Below, piece by piece: positions 25,966-39,471 of a stretch of DNA of 64,000 nt. Under the pieces are notes generated by a model, which was given only the letters and a program-made list of their open reading frames with translations, ran no database searches and was not told the origin of the DNA. The translations under genes were made by a program, and so were the position numbers. Position 1 is the stretch's first letter. Each line of letters opens with the position of its first letter. This DNA is from Octopus vulgaris. Its lineage: Eukaryota. The DNA is taken from the NCBI GenBank assembly GCA_951406725.2, contig OX597819.1, positions 81,840,001-81,904,000 of the forward strand. The letters are read 5' to 3'.

Positions 25966-27767
25966 ACGGAACAACCATATACCGGAAGCAAGCTTCTTAC
26001 CATCCAGAAAAAAATTATTATAAATAAAATGCCCCGATTACGGATAAAATGTGTTGAATAGTATTCCAAGTATCTTAATATTTAAGTTGTTTCTTATATG
26101 TTAGAATATATTTATAAATTCTCTTGGTACTAATTCCCAAAGTGCTTATGCAACAATCTAAAGATTTCTCTCTAATCACTAAGTAGAAGACTGCATATTC
26201 TTTTATTGGGTATTGTTCAACTTCTCGAAGTAAAAAAAAAAAAACAGTTTACTAAACTAATCTTGGGTGAAATAATTTTCACATATTTACCTTTGATTCT
26301 GTACTAAATTGTTTAATTTTATGACTAGAAGTCGACTTAAAATTTTTCAGTGTTTAAAATCTATTCTTAGCAACTGATTTGTTATTTTTTTTCAGGTATG
26401 ATCAGCCTTCAGTCATAGATTCCAAAAGATAATCTATATGAGTTCTGCCCTTGTGAGGAAGTGGAAGTAGAGTTACGAAAGTGACGAATAAGGACGAAGA
26501 TATTGGAGTAATAGGACTATGTAGAAATTCTCATTTATAATTTGAGGTTAGATTAACAGTTAAATTATATTTCCTTCTATTCTGAAGATATATATTACAT
26601 TAATTGACGGAGGAATTTGAGAATTGTACTATACAGGACAGATGAAATTATAAGTTAACAAATTGTTTTCTTTCAAAAGTGAATTAATACAATCAAAGGA
26701 AGGTGAAGATAAATGACAAACACCAAGATATTTCGCAATTTGCAAGAACTTGTATGCCTTTATCTTCCAATTCCCAAGCGACAATTCAGAACGTTAAAGA
26801 GTAGTAACATATAGGTATTTCAATGACACGCAATAACTTTTTCCAATAACTTTTCAAGAGAAATCCAAACGTTTTCATGTGGAATATTTCTTTGCTGTTT
26901 TCAATGAAATCGAAATACCTATAGAAAACTATTACCCAGTAACAACACGGAATCCTATATAACTTTCATTATGATCTAAATGTCTGTCCTAACCTAAATA
27001 TGTAACGCATTTCATTTCATAAACGAATTTATCGAAAGAACACGTACTGACATCGATTGTTTCCAGTCTTTCCCACCGGTACAGCTATTCAGATTAATAT
27101 TCTTGGTTACCAATAACTCTTTCAACATAGACGTAAAGTAGTTTGCCACTTCAAACTCTCTAAAGAGCTCTACTATTGGATAACATTAGAATCGTTTGCA
27201 CGTCCCTCCGCATGACTTGATATTAACGACATTTGATATTTATCAATTGACGTAGCTTCATTAAAGATTCACTACGTGTAAGACAGCGATTGGCTTCTAG
27301 AATGTTCATGACATTCTGTTGACATTTCCTTTTATTATTTATTGATGCATTATTGGGTGGAGTAAACGGTGGTATATTTATCAATGTTTCCCTAACAATT
27401 ATCAATACACTTTCAGATTATAGTCATAAAACTGAATATAATGAAATTTAAAAATAAAGCAATGTATGCAAAAAATATAAACTTATGAATATTTACAATG
27501 AATATAAAAACCGCCAATGGAAAAAGGCATTTGCCGTTTTTTGTGGAAGCAAATAATAAATATAAAACTTTAAAGAATTGCAAAAAAAAAAAAAGAACCA
27601 TAAGTTTTACAATTCAGAATTTGAGAATGTAAAATCTCTTTTGATGGAAAACTGTTGAATAATAAATTAACTAAATTAACTACTTCTTATAGTATTAACA
27701 TATGGCTCACGAAAGGCATATTCGTATTAATAATTAATCTATGAAAATGTCGGTTTGAATGTTAATT

Positions 27768-27802
<35 letters not shown>

Positions 27803-28029
27803 ATGTGAGTGTGTGTGTGTGTGTATGTGTGTGTGTATGTGAGTGTGTGTGCGTGTGTGTGGGTGTACATTCTCTAGTTAGCCTAGGGTGCAGAATATAA
27901 ATTGGAATATGAAAAGTTGTAACAGAAAATATGTAGCAGATACAACTTAGAAAAGAATGTGAATTCGAGCAAGAGTCTTCTTAATTTTCAGTAACTATAA
28001 CATTCACATGACAAACGCATCATATAGAT

Positions 28030-28150
28030 ATGTACCGCCCCAGTACTTGATTGATCCTTTATTTTATCGACTCTGGAAGAATGAAAGGTAAATTCAAACT
28101 CAGACGGAGTTGAATTCAGAACGTGGGGTCGTATCGAAATACTGTAATGC
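28030..28150 (-). mobile_element. Decayed SINE family B fragment
   Basis: CCCCAGTAC...TTTTATCGAC...GAATGAAAGG...GAATTCAGAACGT. Confidence 0.65.
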
Positions 28151-30399
28151 ATTGTGTCACATACTCTATTCTGTAAGTCCATTGTCTTTCTACATTATTG
28201 GTGTGCAAGTTGCAGAACTAAAACTTTACATTATCGACATCAGATAAATCAAAACTGCTGCTGTTTTGATTTAAAGTTTACTGAGTATGTTTGGTCAACA
28301 AAGACCAAAGTGCTACAGTTGTGACCCGTTTTTGCTTAAACTGAAAGCTAACTCAAGTTCTTTATATATTAAATTAAACAGTTCACACATTATGTAAATA
28401 AAACAAGATAAATGATAATTAAATAATTTCTATATTGCAGAAATAATACAGTAGTAGTAGTAGTAGTGATATTTCTGCTTCATAATATTTGCATACATTT
28501 TCCTTAACATTAAGAGAAATAAACATAAAAAGAACAATTCTTACTGTCTAAGATTTCAAGTGTCACTGCTATTATAGTAAAGGAGATGATCATTAGGAAG
28601 ATAACAAATTAATTATATGTTTTATTTCTAATTTTGTTTGAGAGAAACATGTACATGTATCGAATTCCAAAATGAAAATGTCTGCTAAGATGTCTAATGT
28701 CGGATGTTTGCAGAAGTGACTCGATGGCGGCGATAAGAAGTAGATTTATTATTTGTTCGATTTGTTTATAGAACTCAGCTGCCATCCACAAATTAGTTAG
28801 TTTTCTGAAGTCACATATATTCTTACATGCTTGTAGAGTAAATCCAGCTTTCGTTCTAATTTATATGCTAGATTGTCTTTCGTATTATCTCTTCTAATTC
28901 CTATTTTAATATCGAATTCCATTTTACTGTGTTTCCTGTCTGGTCTCTTATTGGGTGAAATGATCACCGATTTACACCTTCTGGCCTGGAACGATAATTT
29001 TAATCTTGTTTAATTGACTTAACGAACTGAATGTGTGAAATTATTGGATTTTACCAAGAGATAAGCTGAAAAGTCAAGAAAGGTTCTGTAGCATTAATCA
29101 GGGACTTCTATTTAATAAGAACGTTTTCATTCGTACAACAGCTTCCAAAGATTATACTAGATATTAAAACCAAATCTGAATATTACTGTTTCACTACTTC
29201 ACATACATACGTCATCTCAGTGTGAGACTTAATGACAACGGCAGCAGAATACATGATTTTTTATTTATTTATACACATTATCCCAACTTTCCAAACTCGT
29301 TCCTCTTTGTAAATACAAGATTAATATCTTAATTCCTAATCGTAATTCCATTTGATATACAGAATTAATATGTAAATCAATAGCGGGGTGGACTAGCAAA
29401 AATAGCAAAATGTCATACTAAATACCTTAAGTCATTTGATTATGTCTATGTATGCTGTGATTTCGCATCCTACATCAGTCAATTCTACTTTTTATCCTTC
29501 CAGAGAAGTACTAAGATAAGTATTAGTGATGTACTCAAGGTAGCCTATTCGTTTATCTCCAGGAGCGTAGTAAAGGTAAAACCGCTTTCACTGTAAACAG
29601 TGTAAATCAATAAATAGTCCATATAAAAACTGCTCTTTACAATTCTAAATTCTGTTGTGACACGAAAACATGTTACTTGAAGTAATAACTCTAAAATATT
29701 ATTAAAAAACTATATTTCATGACAAGTGAAAAACACGTGTGTATGCGTGAGTCTTGAATTTTTTCTAATCCTTCAATCCTGCTGCCCCTACCCCTCTCTC
29801 CTCCTACGTGACCAGTGTCCGGCCAGCCATGATCTTTCTTTCTTGGCCTAACTGCCAACCGCCAACACATCTTATGTTCATCTCCTATGTTCCTGCCTTT
29901 CGGCTTTCACTTCATATACGCCAGCTCAATTTGATTTGTTCTCAGTCGAAAGACACCTGTTGTTATATTGTTTGTATTTATAATTGTGTACCTTGTTCTC
30001 CTTTTTTGTCTTTGTTGCCGTACACATTCGCTAGATTTCTTACAAAGGGGTCTAATGCTCTTAGCTTAAACCTTTTTGGGGGAAACCAGATCGAACTGTA
30101 GTGAAAATGGGCTTTTAAAAGGTCAAATACGCCCCAAACATATTTAAACTGAACAAAGAGTTTGTTTATGAAATGTATATATGCACGTACATAACTGTAA
30201 GTGCGCACATATGTACACGTACACATAGACAGGCATACCCCCATACACTTGTATCCAAGTACACACGTACATAATTTTACATAACCTTATAAGATTAATA
30301 GCATTTACTCAAATTAATAAAATTAAATAAAATTAATAAAAATAATAAAAATGGTAGTAATTAGTATAAAATGTAAAGTCATAGAGGCTCTTACCGATA

Positions 30400-31930
30400 A
30401 TGTATAGTGAGAAATCAAAATTTGAGGATGTATTTAGTGGTGTATGGTCATCTTCCTAAAGATTCCAAAATAAGCCACTTTGTACATTACAGAACCTGCA
30501 CCTTCTGGTGTAAGATTTATACCATTTTAGGATCTTCTAGTTGATGAAATGGTTGGTGAACCTCTGTTCATATCTCAGAAGTAGCTGGAGAGCATTGTGG
30601 TGTTGAGTTTATTCCAGTTTCTAAAGCGGTTATAGTTATTACACCTTGCTTTAAAGTTACCTTCCGTAAGCTACACGTACATGTTATTGCAGATGGTGTG
30701 ATATTTTCTCCACCTGATGCTTCATAAATTATACCTTCAGTATTACGAGTTTCATTCAGTGGGCTCAGTTTTCTATTTTTCCAAGAACAGTCGGTATCTC
30801 TAAGTGACGTATATGTTTTTGAAGTTGGGACTGCAACTAAAACTAATTGTGCCTACTGAAAAGTTTTCTCTGCTGTACTTAGCAAGGAAGATTGTGCCTA
30901 TGTTGGTTGCAATGTCTGTAGAATAAAGGAATGGGTGTGAACCAGATGACGTCCCGGTACCTTCTTCTTCTAAGTGGTACTGTGCTAGGGGTAAATCTAA
31001 TTTTTTTTCGAAAAGCTGCTTGCTATCAGAGCGTCGTTATAAAGGAATGGTTGCTTTGTCAAAACGTTCCTTACTGGAAAAGGGATTAGAGATTCTTTTA
31101 CTAATATTTTAAAACTAAGTTTTTAAAGATTGGCGGGGTAAGATTGATTTGAAGCAGCCTATCCTGTCATTTAACTTCATGCAAGACGAGTGGATTCTGG
31201 TTGTAAGTCAAGTGACACATCTAGAAAATTGTCAACAGTTCGGATGGTGTCGACAAGAATCTTTTGACCGAAGGACTTAAATGTCTGGATAATGTCTTTC
31301 TTTAAACAATGTAAGACAGAACTATTTGTGTTCTTGAAGAGTGTTAGGACGTCATTTCTGTATATTCCAAAGGACACAGAGGGGAATATCCCCCCTAGCA
31401 AGCAGAAATGCACCAATCAGGCTGTGTACGTCTGTCCCATCAAACAACTCCATGAACACATAGAAGTTGTCTATGTAAGATCCTTTGAGCCATTCAGAGA
31501 CTTGCCAAGTAGCAGTGTCCTTCTAGCATGGAAAAGTCCATGTAATTAGGCAGTACTGTAAATATGAGAAATACTCTTATGATGAAATCTCGCTCTGAAT
31601 CAAGAAAGCCAGTTATGCCTAATTATTTCAATATCATTGTCATTTATAATGGGAAATCTGCCAGCAAGGTTAAGTACTCTAATTAAAAGTGCTTTGGAGA
31701 TGGTGGCATAAAAGTCTACAATATCAAGTTGTGTGACTCTGGCCTGGAGTTTATTTGTAATTTTCTCAACCCAATCATTAACCTCTTCATGGTTACATCA
31801 GGAAAACCATCGAACTTGGAAAGCTAATTCGGTGGGTTCCCTTATTTAATAATAGATTTTCCTGAAAATATCTTTACTGGACTATTTCTGATTTGGCTGG
31901 GGTTGATTAGCCTCAATAAAGGTTAATTTT
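30400..31930 (-). mobile_element. Decayed Penelope-like element (RT plus GIY-YIG)
   Basis: Minus strand gives RLINP-KSEI, VDFYATISKAL, GIYRND (GLYRDD-type), NFLDVSLDL, then a GIY-YIG-like GIIYEA...YV-LTEGNFKAR. Many stops and frameshifts. Confidence 0.75.
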
Positions 31931-32424
31931 GACTATTCAAAGGCTTCAATAATATCAATTTTGTGTTTTCACTCAATTCAAGTTTAATGTTGAGCACGTT
32001 GAAAGTTCACAGTCTTCGCTTCCATGAAAATTTTAAATACTGATTGGTTTTAGTTTGCTGAAAGATCGCGCACAATTAGCAAATAACATTGCATTAGTGA
32101 ATATTATCTGAATAACTATTCTTAAATTTAGCAGAAAATAGACACGACTTCTTCGGTTTAGTAATGTAAATGTTTCCAAAAAACATCTTACAATTCCAAA
32201 CTTTTTCAGAAAGCTGAAAACCGTCTATATTAGTATTTGGACATCATTTTAAAAATGCATTGATATTACGGATGCTTTTGCATTCATCTAGATTATAAAG
32301 TAACTCATACGAAATTTTGAACCCAATTTATGGAGAAAATCAATAAATCCTTTCTTATTTATTATTTCTTTTTCGCATTTAACTCCACGTCCTTGGCTTT
32401 TTCACCAGATTTTTGTTTCTTCTA

Positions 32425-33689
32425 CGAGGGGCGTTCAATAAATAATGCCTCTGACCCAATTGCATGTGCAATTATTGATATCTCTATAAATTAAGTGGCA
32501 AATTACAGCTCTGAACTAATTGTGGTTTCTGATGTACAGGTGTTTGAAATGAGTCAAGTGGGAAATGGAGCATGTTAAGTGTCGAGCAGTGATCCGGTTT
32601 TTGTATTTGAAATGACGCACACCACAGGAGACTTTTAATGAAATGAAAGTAACTTATGGTGATGATGCCCCATCATATGACCTTGTAAAACGCTGGCATC
32701 GTGAATTCAAACATGGTCGGAACTCTGTGGAAACAGCTCCCAGATCTGGTCGCACCCCTTCTGCCATTGATGAGGCATCTGTCCGTCAAGTTGAGGCTGC
32801 CATTTTGGAAGATCGACGCATAACTATTCGCCAAATAGCCCATGAGGTCAAGATTAGTACCGGGTCTGTGGAAACTATCATTCATGACCATTTGCATATG
32901 CAAAAGGTGTCTGCCAGATGGATTTCCAGGTTGCTCACACTTTTCCAGAAGCAAGAACGCAAGAATTCCAGAAGCAAGAATTTAGGGATGTGCCAAGAAG
33001 ATGAGTCAAAATTTTTCAAAAGACTGATTATACAGGATGAGACCTGGGTCCATCACTATGATCCAGAGACCAAAGCCCAGTCAATGCAGTGGAAGCACCA
33101 TGACTCACCTCCTCCAAAGAAGGCAAGGGTGCAGCCCTCCGCTGGAAAGGTCATGCTCACAGTCTTCGGGGACCAGGACGGAGTAGTGATGACAGATTTC
33201 CTGGCAAAGGGTACCACAATTACAGGAGCCTATCATGTTTCACTTTTGAGGAAATTAAGAGAAGCTATCGAAACCAAGAGGCGGGGCAAGATCAGCAAAG
33301 GCATCCTCCTCCTGCAGGACAACGCTCCGGTCCACAACTCGCGTGTCGCCAGATCAGAAGCACAGGCGTGCGGCTATGAACTCTTCCCCCATCCCCCTAC
33401 TCTCCTGACCTTGCACCCTCTAAGTTTCACCTCTTCCCGGCCATGAAGTTGTTTTTGAAAGGAAAGCGTTTCCCAGATGATGCAGCCTTGATTTCTGAAG
33501 TCACGTCGTGGTTGGAGGACCAAGCTGGGGTCTTCTACGAAAACGGTCTCCAGAACTGCATCAAACGATGGGAGAAATGCGTACCTCTGGATTGTTCCTA
33601 TGTAGAAAAAGACTAATACCTGTGCCAAGTTTTGTTGCTCTACTGCTATGGGAAGTGGGTCAGGGGCATTACTTATTGAACGCCCCTCG
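32425..33689 (+). mobile_element. Full-length mariner transposon (irritans-like TIRs), inactive
   Basis: TIRs CGAGGGGCGTTCAATAA.TAATGCC.CTGACCCA at both ends with TA TSD (32423-24, 33690-91). Length 1265 bp. Confidence 0.95.
32566..33616 (+). pseudogene. Mariner transposase pseudogene
   Basis: MEHVKCRAVIRFLYLK* (early stop), then WISRLL, QDETWVHHYD and QDNAPVH. Frameshift before SPDLAPS, with the third catalytic D read as K. Confidence 0.9.
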
Positions 33690-34868
33690 TATATGAGGGC
33701 TAATGTTTGCTTCAATATCCCGTTCTTCATATAATTTATCTAAATTTTAAGTGATCCACTTTATTAAGGATTCTTGACAGCTTAAAAAGAAGTTTGACTT
33801 TTGAAAATCCCAAGTAGCACCATGATTACTTTTTACTCAGTCAATCCATATAAGATTTTGATTCTAAATCCAAGCAACACCAAAGAAAATTAAAAGCCAA
33901 AATTTGATGCAAAACCTGCTTTCTATTGCAGCGTATTAGTGGTTTGATTTTGAGCGTGAATCATGCTTTTCAAAAATTCCTGTATGATATCAAAATATTT
34001 ACAAAATTATTTCACAGCCTTCGTTCCGGAATTCCACTGAGCTTAGACATTGATCTGGAAACTACTGGTATGATATTTTCCAACTTTTCTCTTCGGAGAT
34101 TTGAATGGAAAAATGAATTAAAAAAATAAACTCTATTGCGCTGAAAAGAATTTAGCCTCTACAGATCATGTCATCAGCAAGGACTTCAATCAAACATAAA
34201 AAAATATTATCACAGTCTACAAAAATAGCTTGGCAAGTTTCTTTATGAATTCTATGTTGAACATTATTTTTATTGCCAGCTAGAACGACAGCATTGTCAT
34301 AGCATTGAGGTCGACAGTCTTCTAACGGCTTTTCGTCTCCAACTTCTTAGAAAATTACTACCACCTTGATTTTAGCATAATTTCGTTTTAATTGGATAAA
34401 TTGAAAAGATTCCTCTTTAAAAAATATTTTCTCCTAAAAATCAATATTAACATAGCAAAATGTTTTTGCTATTTTCCCTCGATGTGCTTGATCTTGAGCA
34501 GAAGTAAATACGACGACAAAATATTAGACCTTGTAAATGCTATGTGGCAATTTCTGGCAAATAGTAGAAAGCATAAATGAATAGATTAATTCTACTCGAA
34601 CAGAGCTAAATATGATATTCTTCCAGAATCATTTTTCACGTTATCGAGATGTTATTTCATGAGAGAATAAACTTTTATCCACAATTTTAATACGACCCAT
34701 TCAACTTCAAAATTCAGAATTGTTTTCCAGTGTTCTTTTTTGTGCATAGGGGAACAGGGAACAGTGTTGCATGTATATATATATAGTTGAAATTTATAGA
34801 AAAATAAAAAAAACGTAGACAGGTGTATGAAGAACAAGCAAATGTATTAATGTAAAGAGTCACCCCCA

Positions 34869-34929
<61 letters not shown>

Positions 34930-34932
<3 letters not shown>

Positions 34933-35225
34933 GCGCATGACTTCTTAGTGGCTAAGGTGTTGCACTCACGAAAGCGAGATGGTGAGTTCGATTCCCAGAC
35001 CGGGCGTTGCGTGTGTTCCTGAGCAGAGCAATTCATTTAACGTTGTTCTGCGATCATTTCGACATCTGACGTGTGGCACCCGTTGCACCTGTACAGGTAA
35101 TGTTAATCTGATGGAGGGAGTGAGTTTATGTCTGTACAAATATTTGATCACTATTAAAAATCATCTGTGTTGTTATTCAGGAAGAAATTATCGAACCCTC
35201 ATACGTCGTCTAACGATGCGAGAGT
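34930..35225 (+). mobile_element. tRNA-derived SINE (family C-related head)
   Basis: TTAGTGGCTAAGGTGTTGCACTCACG...GAGTTCGATTCCCAGACCGGGCG...TGTGTTCCTGAGCA, flanked by (TA)n. Confidence 0.78.
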
Positions 35226-35227
35226 CC

Positions 35228-35299
<72 letters not shown>

Positions 35300-35300
<1 letters not shown>

Positions 35301-36080
35301 AAAACTCGGCTGAATTCTTTAATATTGCAGCCCCACAGACGACGGCAGCAACCATCGGTTACATCGACACTGGGGAAGTAGATGTAACAGGTCATAGATG
35401 AAATGAGCTCAAACTCAGCAACTTGTCCCGATGGCTTTCCAGCTGGTCTCATGTCAGCAGGCGAAACCACTTCAGATACTTTTCCTGAATTTTCTTGCAA
35501 GTGGTAAACTTCCTAAAAAGCTAAAAGAATGCGTTATATGCCCTATCCACAAGAGTGGGAGCAGAACAGACAGAGGCCAAAAATTACAGGTCAAACACTC
35601 TCGCTTCGCATATCAATAAAGTCATGGAACGAATCTTCAGAGAGAAACTGATAATGTTCATAGAAGAAAATGACTTATTAAACAACACAAAGCATGGCTT
35701 CCGTCCAGGAAGAAGCTGCCTCACACAGCTCTTACAATACTATGACTGGGTTTTGAAACAGCTGTTTGACCATTCAGATGTCAGTGAGATATATCTTGAC
35801 TTCGCAAAGGCCTTTGATAAGGCAGATCATTGTATGATACGTCAAGCTGCGAGACCTTGGCATTGCTAGTAAACAGAGAGTGGCTGCATGACATCCTTAA
35901 AGACAGAAGTCACACAGTTGTAGCCAATGGTAGTCTTTTTGTGGAATCTCAAATTCTAAGAGGTGTTCCCCAGGGAAGTGTCTTGGGGCTTCTATTGTTT
36001 ATTTATAATAACTCTCTTAGACATGCCCATGGTCACTCAGACAGGCACTATCACTAGCTACGCCGATGATACTAAATTTT
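35300..36080 (+). mobile_element. Decayed CR1-group LINE RT fragment
   Basis: CPIHKSG...KNYRS, HGFRPGRSCLTQLL, YLDFAKAFDK, GVPQGSVLG and YADDTK with frameshifts. Confidence 0.9.
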
Positions 36081-36330
36081 AACAAAGGAAGAAGATGGAA
36101 ATTAATGTTGTCGCTATTGTAGCTAAGAACAGATGACACTTCCAAGAATCGCATGAAGCCCATTGGAGTCATAGGTTGTCAAGGATCATGATAAATTTCT
36201 AATTCATTTATCTCTTAATATATATATACTATGACTCTAGTAGGTTTCATGCGATTTTTGGAAGTCTAGTCTATTCTTAGCTACAATAGCGTCAACATGA
36301 ATTTCTTCCATCTTGCTCTGTTAAAATATT
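36074..36330. repeat. ~100-bp-arm inverted repeat
   Basis: CGCTATTGTAGCTAAGAA...AATCGCATGAA...GAGTCATAG pairs with CTATGACTC...TTCATGCGATT...TTCTTAGCTACAATAGCG. Confidence 0.85.
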
Positions 36331-36381
36331 TGAAAAATTTCTATTAATGTGTTCTACTTGTTAAAATTCTATTTATCTATT

Positions 36382-36471
36382 TGCGCAGCTGAAGATGGCA
36401 CTGCATTTAAATTGCTGTAATGATTGCATTGTTCAATTAAATGGAGTTGCTTGAAACGGTCGTACTGTATA
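36382..36471 (+). ncRNA. Type I hammerhead ribozyme motif
   Basis: TGCGCAG-CTGAAGA-TGGCA...TGCTT-GAAA-CGGTCG-TA-CTGTATA, with long stem II, minimal stem III and GUA site. Confidence 0.7.
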
Positions 36472-36609
36472 ATTACTTGATATCCTTTTGCTTATTTTGA
36501 TTTTATTCTCCTTACTTCGAGCGGTGCGGATAATACCGGACTGACTTGGTGCTTCAGCGTAGGTACCTAATTCAACTGAATCTCTATTTCTTTATATATA
36601 TATATATAT

Positions 36610-37265
36610 TGTTGGCTACATCTCGTGTTTCCGAGCTTGCAATCCAGTTCATTTTCCTGGGTGTTTGAAACGCAGATGGCTCCGAAATCCAAGGGTTGCA
36701 TGAAACATACGGGGACATTGTGGACAAGGGATAGAAGGGGTTGGTTTGGGAAGAAGGTGCTGCTTTCTCTCCCGTCTTTTGAGGTCAGCTCTTGTGACTC
36801 GGTCTTTTTCGAAGCCCGAAGAACCCGTTTTGATGGTGTGTCTTCAGAGGAGTCTGTTTGCCGAGATATCTTCCCAATGTGCAGGGTCGATGTTGGTGCT
36901 TTTCAGGGTTGATTTGAGTTGGTCCTTGTACCGCCTCAAGAGGGCTCCACGAGGACGTTTTCCTTCAGACAGTTTACTGTAGAGACAGATCTTGGAAAGG
37001 CGCTGTTCATTCATCCGACGGACGTGAACTGACCATCGGAGACAATGTTCAATGATCAAGACTTCGATGCTCGGGAGACCTGATCTTTCAAGCACAGAGT
37101 TGTTGGTGATGCGATCTTCCCATTTGATGTTCAGGATAGAGTGAAGTTTAGATTGATGGAAACGCTCTAGTTTCTTCTTGTCTTTACGCTAAACAGTCCA
37201 GGTTTCACACCCGTACAGCAGAGTTGATACGACAACAGCCCGATAGACCATGAGCTTCGTTTTTG
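36610..37265 (-). mobile_element. RTE/BovB-type LINE 3' fragment
   Basis: KLMVYRAVVVSTLLYGCETWT and LERSGLPSIEVLIIEHCLRWSVHVRRMNEQRLSKICLYSKLSEGKRPRG...RYKDQLK. Confidence 0.88.
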
Positions 37266-37302
37266 AATGACAGATCCTTGTTGCTTCGTTTTGAATGTCA
37301 GA

Positions 37303-37338
<36 letters not shown>

Positions 37339-39471
37339 GCGTTTGTGTGCGCGTACACACATTTTAGGAAAATTATTAAAAAATTTGATTTTTATATTTT
37401 ATCTGTTTAATTTTGTGCTCCCCACACAAAATTATATTGCAACAAAATTTAAAGGCATCCAGACAGTAATAGTATATGGACAACTATCAAAACAACTTCA
37501 TTCTATCTTATCGGAGTCGTCGTTATCGTTGTGTGTGATAAGGGAAATGTTTTAATTTCACGCGTTCTCTCTTATCCTACCAAAGGTGCTGTTTCAATTC
37601 GTCTCTTCAATTTCCAGTGATTTTCTTTTTCTATAACCATCAGCAAGTCTCAGGGACAGTGCTGAAGTTGAACGGACACGTTCATGTTACACTCATGATC
37701 AATTTCCTATTGCATGCTTATTTCCATTAAAGCAACAAGCTGTAAGACATGAAGAGCTCTTGTTAAACTAAATACATTTCCTTTAGAATTGCTTCTGTTA
37801 ATTTGGAATTACAAGAAAATGTGTGAAATAAAATATAGAAATATAAAGATAGTATTTTTTAAGTAACAAAATTGAAATTTTTAAAAACCATGGTATTGAA
37901 GGTTTCACTCGTAATAGAAACCTGGAAAAAACAAATGATAAACATGTATTTTACGATAAAAAAGCTTCTACATATCTTTTTATTACTGAATTAATTGACC
38001 ATACGTAAAATCACCAGAAACAAAGCATGTGCTAGGTTAATGGGTATTATATTTGAATGCAAATTAAATGATATATTCAATTAAGCAGAAATATCTTTCA
38101 TTCAAAGTGACCTCTTAAAGAAACTATTTTCATGACAGCTAATGAACAACAGACTACCCAACACTCTCGGTGGCTTAATTGTGTACCATTATCAGATTGC
38201 TGTTGCCTCTCTATATATACTGGGCTCATCCTTCCTTTTGAGAAGTCTTGTTTTTGTTCTGCTGGTTTCTAATAGCCCACTTCAATAGGACTGCCGGCTT
38301 AGGCACCAACTCCGTGATCATGTTACAAGTTGTACTGATTTAAAGAAAACCTGTAGGACTCCCAGGGTGCTTCATTCCCCTCACATATTTAGAGAGTTCC
38401 TATTTTCGTCTCACTTTTCTTTTCTCTTCTTAACTTTACTGACTGGCACGTGCTGTCTCTCTCTCCACCCTAGTTCAAGTATAGGCGATATTCTTCTACA
38501 TATGTGAATCCTTGTATTTATATAAGAAATCTTTATTTAAATCAATAACGACGTTGAGTGGAAAAACAGTAATGTGCTGAGTTATTTGGTTCTGTCTCTT
38601 TGTATCTTGAGTTCAAATAGTACCAGTTACAAGTTTACCTTTCATTCCTCCGAGTCGATAAGATAAAGATGAATAATGTATTAGGATGATATAATGGACT
38701 CCATTTCCCCCTACAAACTTGTAGCATTACAGCAGCAATAGAAATCAATATCTTATTAAATTTATGTCGAGATTGTAAAGCGGTAGGCTTATAAGGACGT
38801 CAAGCTCTAAGTTTGTTTTCGGAGTGAATTTATTTAAAATAATGTTTCAATGTTGTTTAAAATAAACATTAGTACCAATCGGGAACCATTATAATTTCCA
38901 ATTTGTTTTTCGAATAAAGAAAACCCCAAAAACAACAAACCTAGCGTGCAATTCTGAACGATTCCTGAGGATATGCTGCATCACTAAGAGGCAGTTCAGG
39001 AACTGAGACGTGCTCGAAATCAAACAATCATGTGGTTATACTTACTGATTGAATCTAGCTTCTTAAAATGAGGATGGCTTTACTGAAGTCAGATTTAAAA
39101 CCAACAAAGCCTGATTCATATCCATTGTTTTATGACAACAAAGTTTGTGTTGGATAGAAATATTTCACGTCCTTTCTTAGAAGTCTGCTCATGAAATGAA
39201 AAGAACTCACCAGCTGGAAAGAAAAAAGGTTGAAAGCTGAAAAAAAGAGTAGGACCAAAAATGAGAATCTTGTGATAGCATGCTATTTTATATCAGTGAC
39301 AAAGAGAGGAAAAGATGAAGCTATTAAAATCAATCAAATATTGAAAAAGTTGCCAAATATTTAGAAATTAAACGATAAGAGAAAGAGATCTGATATTTAA
39401 AAAAAGCTAGAATATATTCGATTAATCTCGAACTTTGAAAAGTAATAAAATTGGCAATATCATTAGTAGAT

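Larger units (their letters stand above)
31940..34620 (-). pseudogene. hAT-family transposase fossil, interrupted by mariner
   Basis: Minus strand CRPQCYDNAVVLAGNKNNVQHRIHKETCQAIFVDC (~34210-34325) and C-terminal dimerisation motif NCARSFSKLKPI (~32040-32080). Confidence 0.65.
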
